Shown here: positions 26,784 to 37,000 of the stretch, in pieces
Layout: each line of letters begins with the position of its first letter
Position numbering within the stretch: the first letter of the stretch is position 1
Virus record (IMG/VR): IMGVR_UViG_3300045999_000972
Span: 1-50,639 of that record
DNA: 50,639 nucleotides
Strand: one strand, 5' to 3'
Source: a virus
Taxonomy: Duplodnaviria; Caudoviricetes
Made by a program: the position numbers and the translations under genes
Notes under the pieces: generated by a model
Seen by the model: only the letters and a program-made list of their open reading frames with translations
What the model was told of the DNA's origin: nothing
Database searches by the model: none

Positions 26784-27268
26784 GCACACTTCCAGCAGGG
26801 TACGACCCAATACCGTTAGATGACTTCGAGCCTTTGCTCCTGTCTACGAAGGAGCACTTCGACGCGTATTGGCCTTCGACTAAGCCCCTGTTGGAGCGTT
26901 GCATCAAACGCGCCATGCACGGCGAGATGTCCGTCGAGGACATTTACAACGCTGCACTTCAAGGCAAGATGTATATCTTTGTCGTGAAATCTGATAAAAC
27001 AATTACTAAGAGTGTGAAGCTGGCGCTCGCAATCGAAATTATTCCTTACCCTAAGTTGGCTGCAATGAACATCGTTGCGCTGGGTGGGAATGACTTGGAC
27101 GCCCTACACGATAAGTATTGGAAGATGCTTTGTGGTTGGGCTTATATGAACAGTGTCCGTGCTATTGAGGGATGGGTTTCCCCAGCAATGGAGCGGGTAA
27201 TTTCTCGTTATGGTTTTAAGCCTGTGTATACACACATGCGACTTGAATTGACGGAGGCTATGAAATGA
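26780..27268 (+). CDS. GNAT-like protein of the podoviral ejection module
   Basis: Size and position before the ejection proteins; IEGW...RYGFK motif. Confidence 0.55.
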   Translation: MSTLPAGYDPIPLDDFEPLLLSTKEHFDAYWPSTKPLLERCIKRAMHGEMSVEDIYNAALQGKMYIFVVKSDKTITKSVKLALAIEIIPYPKLAAMNIVALGGNDLDALHDKYWKMLCGWAYMNSVRAIEGWVSPAMERVISRYGFKPVYTHMRLELTEAMK

Positions 27269-28926
27269 ACGCAACTAAATTTGTCCGTATGCCAACCAGC
27301 AAACAGATGCTGGCTATGGGTATTCCTGAACTGCCCGAAGCGGCTTTTGGTGGCGACCTGCCTCCGATGCAACGTAAGGCACTTGTCCAAGCTATGGGTA
27401 TTCGCCCACAAGGTGGCGGTGGCGGTGGTCTAAAAGCGGTGGTCGGCCTTGTTGCCGCTGTTGCGATTCCATTTGCTGCACCTGCGATTGTCGGTGCGAT
27501 TGCTTCTAGTACAGCGATTGCTGCTTCGATGCCGTTTGTTACTGCGGCTCTGAGTACTACGACTGGTGCTGTGATTGGCTCTGCGATTGTGGGTGCTGGT
27601 CTAGGTGCTGTGTCTGCTAAGGTTACAGGGCAAGACGTGGGCCGTGGCGCACTGTTTGGTGCAATCGGTGGTGGTATCGGTGGTTATTCACAAGCTGGCA
27701 GTATCACAGCCCAAGGACAGAACGTTGGTACTGGCGCTACTAGCCTTACTGCCGCAGGCACTCCTGCTCTACCAACAACCCCAACGGCAAACGCTGTTGT
27801 AACTAACGTGGGTTCTGGTACTGGCTACTGGTCTCCTGAAGTCGGGGCGTTTATTGACCCCACAACTGGAAGTAAAATTGCTGCCCAAAACATTGCTTAC
27901 GGCGGTACTGTTGACAGTGCACTAGCTAGTCAGTTAAGTGCTGGTTCTGTCAGTACTCAGGGTCTTGCCGATGCAATCAATGCGTCCGGCACATTGGCTG
28001 TTAACACCCCCGGTGCAATTGGCGGTAACGCTGCTGCATTTGGTGCTGGCGGCGGTGTCTACTATGACCCGACTAATGCTATTGCTGGCGGTGGCCCTGT
28101 TTACGCACAAGCTGGTTTGCAAGCTACTCCTGCAATGGAGCAAGCTGCTGCTAACGCTGCTGTGCGGTCAGGTCAGATGGTCAACGTAGCTGCAAAAGGA
28201 ACTACCCCTGCACAAACTATCGCCGCTCCTGCTGGCGGTGCTACTGCGGCAGGTGGTGCTACTGCTGCCGCTCCTACGACATTTAGTGAGGCTCTTAAAC
28301 AGAAATTTACTGACCCGCGTAACCAAGCAGACTTGTTCCTCCGTGCTGCTGGCCAGATTGCTGGCTCTACGATTGCTGGTGATGGCTTGTCTGATGAAGA
28401 AAAAGCTCTGCTCCAACAGCAAACGGCTGAACTTCGTCAGTTGCGTGAGACTAATCAAGAGTTGTTTAACCAGCGTTTAGAAGAAGCTCAGAACATGATT
28501 GGTGAGTCTAAGTACTTTGACCCGGCCTACTTCGGTATGCAAAGCCAACGTGCTGTTCAGACTGCTGGCTCTCGTGCGAAACGCGAAGCCCTTGGCAAGT
28601 TTGGTAACCAGCGTGCTGGCTTGCGCCGTGCTGAAGAACGCCGCTTTGACTTGGGTATTTCGACTGGTGGTCAGACTGCTTACCTCCAAGGTGCAGATGC
28701 TGCACAGCAAAACAGACTTCGTACTCAGAGTGCTGGCCTTAGCGTATTACCTACTTCGGGCAATGCTTCTTCGTTGCAGTACGGCTCTTACGTTGGTGGT
28801 TTGTACGATGCGGCAGACCGCCGTCGTCGTCAGGCTGCTGGTGACATCGGTGACCTATTCGGGACATTCACGGGTGGAGAAAAAGCATCTAGTACTGGTT
28901 TGACTTTAAACATCGGTCGCGGTTAA
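27265..28926 (+). CDS. Internal virion (ejection/pilot) protein
   Basis: Gly/Ala-rich hydrophobic N-terminal half, Gln-rich coiled C-terminal half. Confidence 0.7.
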   Translation: MNATKFVRMPTSKQMLAMGIPELPEAAFGGDLPPMQRKALVQAMGIRPQGGGGGGLKAVVGLVAAVAIPFAAPAIVGAIASSTAIAASMPFVTAALSTTTGAVIGSAIVGAGLGAVSAKVTGQDVGRGALFGAIGGGIGGYSQAGSITAQGQNVGTGATSLTAAGTPALPTTPTANAVVTNVGSGTGYWSPEVGAFIDPTTGSKIAAQNIAYGGTVDSALASQLSAGSVSTQGLADAINASGTLAVNTPGAIGGNAAAFGAGGGVYYDPTNAIAGGGPVYAQAGLQATPAMEQAAANAAVRSGQMVNVAAKGTTPAQTIAAPAGGATAAGGATAAAPTTFSEALKQKFTDPRNQADLFLRAAGQIAGSTIAGDGLSDEEKALLQQQTAELRQLRETNQELFNQRLEEAQNMIGESKYFDPAYFGMQSQRAVQTAGSRAKREALGKFGNQRAGLRRAEERRFDLGISTGGQTAYLQGADAAQQNRLRTQSAGLSVLPTSGNASSLQYGSYVGGLYDAADRRRRQAAGDIGDLFGTFTGGEKASSTGLTLNIGRG

Positions 28927-28936
28927 GGAGAGCATC

Positions 28937-31048
28937 ATGGCTCTAAATTTCGGACAACTGGTCAGCGGGGCTGGAATTGTTGCGAATCGTCAGCGGCAAG
29001 CTGAAGACGCAATGCTCCAGCAACGCCAGACTTTGATGCAAGTACAAGAAGCGAATCGCTTGATGGAGATTCGTGCGCGTATGGGCGAAGGTGCGGTTGA
29101 CGCAGCCAATGTTGCTATGCCAGAGTTTGTGCAATCCCCGGGCACTGTCATTGGTAACCCCAATGCCGCTCCCGCTTCCGCTCCCGCTTCCGCTCCCGCT
29201 GCCGCTAACGCAGCGCCTGTAGCTGCTGCTCCTACACGACCTGTAACACAACCCTCCAATGCCGTACCTAGTGCGGTTAGACCACCTGCTGCTCTTGCTG
29301 TATCACAACTTCCTGCGGCTGCGCCACGTAGTGTTGACCAGTTGGCTAACGTACCGACCGAGCAGTTGACTGCTGCTGAGTTCCAAGCTCTATCTCCACA
29401 AGCAAGACTGCAACGCTTGCAGAATTTAAACCGTGACCGACAAGCTGCGCTTGACCGCACACAACTAGGCAAAGCTCCTGCGGCTGCGGCTGACGTAATT
29501 GCTGGTGGCCCATACAACGCTATTGCTGGTGGTTTGACTTGGGCTGGTAACGCTCTCGGTGTCCCACGTATCGGTCGTGCTCTTGGCATTTATGACTCTG
29601 ATGTCACTCGTGTTGAAGTACCAAAAGTGGGCACTGGTTCTGCTACGCCTTACTACGACATGGTTCGTCAGGCTGAGGCAGCCAATCAACCCGTTAATGA
29701 AGCGCAACTGCTTGAGCGTTTGAGAACTGGCGAAGCTACCCGTACACGGGCTGCCCAACAAAAGTACGAAGCAGACATCAAAGCTGCACCGCAGACCTTC
29801 CAGAAGTTAGAGGAAAAATACAATCTCCCCACTGGTTTGCTCAACGCTGTGATGATGGCTGAGTCCCGTGGTATTCCTAACCAAACATCTCGTGCTGGTG
29901 CACAAGGCTACTTCCAGTTCATGCCTGATACTGCGAAGCAGTACAAAGTCAAAGTCAACGACCTGAACTCTGAAGCAGATGGTGCGGCACGTTTGCTGCG
30001 TGATTTGCTGAGGTCATCCAACGGTGATTTGCAGACTGCTTTGGCTGCATACAACTGGGGTATTGGTAACGTGCAACGTCAAGGCATGGATAAGATGCCT
30101 GCGGAAACACGCAACTACATCCCTAGGGTTCTGTCCTTTATGGGCGGTAATCAAGCTCCGACAACCGCTGCGCCAGTTAAGACAGTTCCCCAAGCGGTAG
30201 CCACTGGTACTGCTACTGAAGTTGCAACTGCTGCGTCTAATGCTGTACCAGTCCAGCCTTCTAAAGATGGCACGATGTACGGCCCTGCTCAGCTTGACGC
30301 AAGTGCCCGCAACCCGCAGATTCAACAGCTTCTGACGACTCGTGCTGCATTGCAAAAGCAAGTGGCGTTGTTCAACCAGTACGGTATGGGCGACAAAGCA
30401 TGGGAGGCGGTGTCTAAGATTCAGGCCATTGACCTTGGTATGTATAAGAACCAAGCTGACATCGGTGTGTATGAGGGTGCTACTACTGGCAACTTCAGCC
30501 GTGCTATGTCTGTGCTGTCCACCTTTACTGGTGCACCACATCAAGTTCTGCAACGCCCTGATGGCAAGTTCGACTTGTATGTCAATGGTAAAGTTGCTAA
30601 GGCTGCACTCGAAGGCTCGCAAGTTGAACAACTTGTCCGAACCCAAGTGGATTCTGAATATCGCCGACAGCTTGCCAGTCTGCAAGTCGAGCGTGGTACA
30701 GAAGAATTCAAATCCAACTTGCGTATTCGGGAAGAAACCAACAAGGCTGTTTCTAACCAAACGCTACAAACTGCTCGTGAAATTCAACTTGAACTCATCA
30801 AGGGTAACGTCAAACTGGCTGAGAAAAAACTTGAGTTGTCTGGCTTTAAGGCAATCGGCACTAACTCAGGTGACGGCAAAGTAATTTACAGCAACGGCGT
30901 TGGTGACATCTTTGTGGTTGATACACAAAACAAGACAGCGACCATCAACGGTGCTACAGTAGACCTTGGCGTAAACGCTCAACGAGTGTCTGGTGTTGAT
31001 AGGAGCATTTGGAGTGCGGTGAACGCTCCTCAACAACAAGGTAGGTAA
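28937..31048 (+). CDS. Internal virion protein with lytic transglycosylase (SLT) domain
   Basis: AVMMAESRG, GAQGYFQFMP, ALAAYNWG and ETRNY motifs. Confidence 0.88.
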   Translation: MALNFGQLVSGAGIVANRQRQAEDAMLQQRQTLMQVQEANRLMEIRARMGEGAVDAANVAMPEFVQSPGTVIGNPNAAPASAPASAPAAANAAPVAAAPTRPVTQPSNAVPSAVRPPAALAVSQLPAAAPRSVDQLANVPTEQLTAAEFQALSPQARLQRLQNLNRDRQAALDRTQLGKAPAAAADVIAGGPYNAIAGGLTWAGNALGVPRIGRALGIYDSDVTRVEVPKVGTGSATPYYDMVRQAEAANQPVNEAQLLERLRTGEATRTRAAQQKYEADIKAAPQTFQKLEEKYNLPTGLLNAVMMAESRGIPNQTSRAGAQGYFQFMPDTAKQYKVKVNDLNSEADGAARLLRDLLRSSNGDLQTALAAYNWGIGNVQRQGMDKMPAETRNYIPRVLSFMGGNQAPTTAAPVKTVPQAVATGTATEVATAASNAVPVQPSKDGTMYGPAQLDASARNPQIQQLLTTRAALQKQVALFNQYGMGDKAWEAVSKIQAIDLGMYKNQADIGVYEGATTGNFSRAMSVLSTFTGAPHQVLQRPDGKFDLYVNGKVAKAALEGSQVEQLVRTQVDSEYRRQLASLQVERGTEEFKSNLRIREETNKAVSNQTLQTAREIQLELIKGNVKLAEKKLELSGFKAIGTNSGDGKVIYSNGVGDIFVVDTQNKTATINGATVDLGVNAQRVSGVDRSIWSAVNAPQQQGR
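29166..29200 (+). repeat. In-frame 12-nt tandem repeat (APAS)n
   Basis: ccgctcccgctt repeated about 3 times. Confidence 0.8.
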
Positions 31049-31056
31049 GGTGAATT

Positions 31057-34000
31057 ATGGCGACTAAAGCCCCGCAGTCATTTGAAAATCCTCTTTACTC
31101 TGACTCTGGTGGCTCAGTTGCCAGTCAGATGAGTCCGTATACCTTCCTGAATCCTGCCTCCTCTACGGGGGCAGATGCGCTTCAGAAGGGTCTTGCCGAC
31201 ATCGCAACGATGGGTCAGACTGCACAGCGGTTAACGCAGTTTGAACTGCCGCAGGTCAAGCGTCCTCCTGCTATTGCGTACAGCCCATCACAGAAGAAGT
31301 TGTTTGTACAAGGTGTCACCTTTGACGAGGATGACTCCGATATGACTCTGCGTGCGGAGCAGTTGCTTGACCGCCCTTCGGTGGGTATGCCACAAGGTGG
31401 TGACTGGGTAACGCTTACGCCTCAGGCATATGGTCAGATTGCCAACACAATCCGCAACCCCGGTCTTGGTCGCCTTATGTCCAAGAACTTCGGTATTGGT
31501 GTTGACCAGTTGCAGTTGCTCGCTGGTCGTGGGCTTCAGCTTGCTGGTGCAGAACAAACTGGTCAGGCTATCGTTGACCGCCAAATGGAAGACCTGCGTA
31601 AGAACCTTCCGTTCCGTCGTGAATTCACTGAGATTGATTCCACCAAGGGTGCTATCGAGTGGCTGGCTGCAACGGTTGCCCAACAAGGCCCGAACATCCT
31701 TGAGTCCGTAGGTACTGCGGCTGCTGGTTTCTTTGCTGGTACTGCCGCAGGTGGCCCGTTGGCTGGTGCAGGTGGTGCACTCGCAGGCTTGGCAGGTAAA
31801 ACTGCCTTCAAACAATCTGTACTCGCTGCCCTGAAGAAACGTGCAGCAGGTGAAGCTCTTGACGCAACTGAGACTAAGTTGCTACGTGAAGCCGCAGGTA
31901 TTGCTGGCGCAACGATTTTAAGTGTGGGTCAGAACTACGCCACTGGTGCGGCTGACATCTATGGTGAGTTCCGTGAACAAGGTTCTGGTGCTGATGATAC
32001 CAATGCTCGTCTTGCCGCTCTGTCTGGCGCAGTCCCCTATGCCGTCCTCGAATCTGTCCCTGAGTTCATTCTCGCCTCCCGCTTGTTTGGTGCTGGCGGT
32101 CTGTCCGCACGAGGTGGCGCACGGAACTTACAAGATATACAAGGCAAGACTTTCCTCGGGACGCAAGGCTTACGTGGTACAGAACTGCTCAAGCGAGGAG
32201 CAAAAGGTGCAGTCGTTGGCGGTACATCTGAAGGTGTAACTGAACTAGGACAAGAGAGCTTGCTCGTTGGTATGACGGGTCAAGACTTTGCTGACCCTGA
32301 TGTACAGAAGCGACTCATCGAATCCTTTGCTGCTGGTTTTGGTGTCGGTGGAACGATTGGTGCTGGTGCGAACCTACGACGTGGCCCTATCGGTAAACAA
32401 CCTACCAACTTGTTGAACCCCGGGCAGACTACTGACCCAACACCTAGCGACTCTCGTGAGATTGCTCCTATGGGTGGCCCAAGCCCCGCTGGTGGTATGG
32501 GCGCACGCCCTGACTTTGTGGCTGGTGCTGAAGGTGTACGCCGCTCAACTCCGGGTGACCGCATCTACACAGGTGAAGTTCAGCCTAACCAGTTCGGTGG
32601 TGCACAAGGTGTTCTTGACCTCGGTGGTATCCCTGTGGCAGAAGCCAAGGCTCGCAGTATGCAGGGCAATGTGCAACCACAACGAGTATGGGATGTAACC
32701 ACTCAGTCCTTCCGTGATGTCACTCCTGAAGAACTAGCCGCTCAAGTTGGCCCACAGCAGCAATACACCGACCCTAACCAGTTGGCTTTGCAGTTTGCCC
32801 CTCCTGCTCCTAGCGGTGTTGGGTTTACTGACCAAGCTGCCCCTGTGTTAAACCCTGCTATGCAGCAGGCTATGAATCTGGCGCAGAGTCGTCAGGCTCA
32901 GGCACAAGCTCAGTCGGCTGCTCTTGCCCAGCGAGAGGCAGACCTCAATAAGTTGCAAGTGCAAGCGGAAGCGCAGCGCCAACTCGACATTGCTCAACAA
33001 GCGATGGACGCGGCCCGGGCACAGCAGCAACAGACACAACAACAACTTCCTACGAAACCGCTGCCCGTGCGTGCACCCCAGCAGTTGGAATTGTTCAGTC
33101 GTAAAGAAGCTCCACGTCCTTCGCGTGCCGAGGGTCTACGCCGTGGTGTTGGTACACAACTTCCTGAACCAACCACTCCCGTGTTGCCTGTTCAAGACTT
33201 GCGCCGCAGTGCTCAAGTTCCGATGTTCACGCAGCAAGGTCAGCCTTCTGTGGCCGCCCTCAAGAGTGCAGGCACACGACAACAAGTTGTCCCAACAGTG
33301 CAGCAAGGCGCTACCCAGATTGCTCCGACAGGTGCTCCTGTTACTGCGGTTACTTCTGAAGCAGCCAAGGGTGCGGCACTCAAGAAAGAAAAGTCTGGCA
33401 CTATCACCTTTGAAGACGGCTCTGTATATACAGGGCAGTTGAAGAAGGGCGAGCCTAACGGTCAGGGTACTTTGATTTACTCCGACACATCCACTTACAC
33501 TGGTCAGTTCAAGAACGGTAAGCCTCAGGGCACTGGTCGCTTTGAAGATGCTGATGGCACGGTGTTCGATGGTCAGTTCGATGATGGTGACTTTGTTCAA
33601 CCAGAAGGAGAAGCAGATGCCGTTCAAGAGCCAAGCCCAGCGGAAGTACCTGTACGCCAACGAACCAAAGGTGGCAGCGAAGTTCGCAAAGGAGACACCG
33701 AAGGGGGCAAAGCTCCCGCAAAAGGTCAAGCCCTCAAAGCCAAAGAAAAAGTAGCCACTGAACCTACCGAGCCAACTGAGCCTACTCCTCCTAAGGGTGG
33801 TAAGAAGACCCTGAAGAAAGAGCCGAAGAAGACTGAGGCGAAAGCTGAAGCCGCACCGAAAGCAGCGAAGTTGCAGAAAGGCCCGAGTGGTTTGGCTGCA
33901 ATGGTTGGTCAGCTTATGGCTGCAACAGAGCAAGGCGCTGTGGTTGAAAGTCAGCCTGCCAAACGTGGTGCGCCAGTAACCTCGGCTGAAACCTTAGAGG

Positions 34001-37000
34001 CTAATGAAGAACTTGACTTGGCTATTGAGACTGCTGAAACAACTAAGAACGCAGCCAAATATGCTGAGGCTCTGTTTGATATTGTGTCTGCCTATGCCTA
34101 TGGAACAGAACGCTCATACCTACTGAAGACATCCACAAAGTTCTTGACGGATGAAGGTGGTGTACCGAAGGGTGACTATGTAGCCGCCTTACGTGAAGTT
34201 GCGTTGGACGCAGACGCCATCAAACCAAATTCCCGTCTGTATGGTTTGCTGGCTGATGCTGGCTTGCTCAACGATGTGAACGTCATGGCGAATGTACGTG
34301 TGCCCGGTGCTAAGGCAACGCAAGAAGCTGTGGTTGGTGAGGTCGTTGGTGCGAACTCTGAGATTACTGCTGAGGAAAGTCTTGCCAACTTCATTGACTC
34401 CAATCCGCAGTGGCCTAACCGCAAGCAGTTGGTTGACAAGCTCAAGAAACTGTACGCCAAGATTGATGACGACACCTTTGCAGTTGGTAAGCGTGGGCGC
34501 ATCAAGGACTTCTTTGACGCTGATGGAAACCCGTTGGTGACCCAACCTGCTGGTACGTCTTACTTCATCCCCAACACTGTGGCTGAGGAGAAGACTACCA
34601 AGTCTGATTTCGTATCCAAGCATGAGTCTGCACGCAAAGAGTTGCGTGACCTAGAAGATACCGAAGACCAAACGACACTGGATGACCTTCAGTTCGACCC
34701 GTTCTATGACCGCAAGCCTAACAGTGATGACGACTGGCGTGCCTTCCGTTCGGATGGTAAACCTCTGACTCCTATGAAGGCTGGCCCACTGCGCTTGTTC
34801 GCAGCCCGTGTCATCTCCAAGTACGCTCGTAAACCACGAGTGGCTGTGTTCGCCAACATCCAAGACATGAAGCGTAGCAACCCTGCCCTGTTTGAAGCGG
34901 CAGCAAAGGCACGTAAGGATGGCGACATCGAAGCGGTTAATGCCGCAGGTATGGCTTGGGGTGACAACGTGGTTCTGTTTGCAGACCTCATCCACTCTGA
35001 AGAACATGCTCGCTTCATCATTGCTCACGAGACTCTTGGTCACGTTGGCTTCCGTGGTTTGTTCAGCAGCCAAGCACTCGACAAGATTCTGCGGTTCGTT
35101 GCAGATGCTGACCCTCATCTCACACATGAGGCAAACATCTATGCGAACGGTAAAGGAATCCCATTCCTCGAAGCAGTCGAGGAGGTGTTGGCAGACCGTG
35201 CTGCTGCCATCGACAATAACACAGTCCTTCGTTTTTGGAACTGGTTGAAAGACCAACTCAACAAACTAGGCTTCTCGTTCAACGAGGATGCAGCACGCTA
35301 CCTCATCGGTCTATCACGCAAGTACATCCGTCAAGGCGTTGGTCGTAGTGAAGTAAACACCTCTGGTCTGTTCAAAGAAATCAACGAGGCACTGGCTACT
35401 GAGCAGTCTGACATTGAGGTGTTGCGCTTTGCCCAGTCTGCTGCTCAAGGCTCTGCCTACTTCGCACAGAACTTTACAAACCGTGACTTTGCCATCTACG
35501 GTGGTATTTCCCGCTCTATCCAAGACATCGTTGGGGCTTCTCAGAAAGCCGCTGAACTGCGTAAGCAGGGTGTTGGTACATGGAGAAACATTGGTAACGT
35601 AGCTCAGAAAATTCTTGATGGTATCCAAACGCAAGACAACATGGCTCGTAAGTCCAAGGGTTACTTCAACATCTTTAGGTTGTTGCAAGACCAAGCGGCT
35701 CGTCAGACTGAACTCAAGACTCAGTATGCTGAGATAACTAAGATTGCCCACGAAGCTAAGTTCCTTGGTTTCGGTGATGGCTTAACGCCTGAGCAAAGTG
35801 TCCGTGCTGGTGAACTGATGGCGTATGCAACGCTGTTCAAGATGAACCAAGTCTCGGATACCAAGGTCGCACAGATGGACAACATCGTGTTCTATGACCC
35901 TGACAACCTTGAGCCTGTGCCTAAGGTAAACGTGGAAGGATACAACCAGTTGAAGCAGGTTGGTCGTATGACCCCTGAGGAATTCCGTAACGGCTTTAAG
36001 ATTCAACAAGGCACTGAAGAACGCCCAATGACTGCCGAGTACAAAGCGGAACTGGGTGCGCAGCGGGACAGAGAACTTGCCATCATGGAAGCAGGTAAGG
36101 ACAAAGAGCTTGCCCGTCTGCAAAAGAAACTGGCTGGGGCTGCCAACGAAGAAGCTAAGCTAGAGTTTGGACTGCGCATCAAACGTCTTGAGAACAAGTA
36201 CGCCAGCAACGTAGAGAGCACCAAGCGTTTTTATACCAAGCAGATGAACGAGAAGACCTATGAAGCTCCTCGTATGACAGACTCACTTGACTGGTTCAAA
36301 GATGTTGATGGTACTGTAATTGAGAACGACGACGGCACTGTGACCTACACTGGTAAGAGCCTTGAGTATCAGGTGTACTTGCAGTTCCATGACGCCATCT
36401 CCAAGTCTGCCGCTGACGTGCTGATTGGTAAGTACCTCGGTGCTATCCATGAACAGAAGCGAGCCGTGAGTACTGGTATTGGCGTAGCGTTTAACCAGTC
36501 GTTGACTGCACAGGAAACCAAGTTCATTGAGGATGTGGTTGAGCAATACGACCGTATGCGTCTGAAGGATTCAGGCTACAAGAACAACCGCTTTGTGATG
36601 AGCGAAGCTGCACAGGAAGATGCTGACGATTGGTTGAACTACAAGTTCGGTCGTGCGTTCTACACTGACCTTGCTTTGAACGACATCACTTCGATGATTG
36701 AAGGCTACACTGCCGCAGAGGTTGACACGCTTGTGCGTGGTATGCGTAAGAAGTTGCGTACCAAGGTTGACCCTGACCTCGATGATGTGAACAGCAGTTC
36801 GATTTGGGCACTGGTACATCGTGTTGAAGAACGTGCGATGTTTGCCGCCTCTATCAATGACGACCAGTTCTACGCCAAGCGAACCATCGCTGGCTCATAT
36901 GTTCCTCTCATCCGTGAAGGTGATTGGCAAGTTCGTATCCAAGCCTACAAGACTGTCAACGGACAGGATGTTCCTGTTAAGTTGCGTCAGGGTCAGCAAG

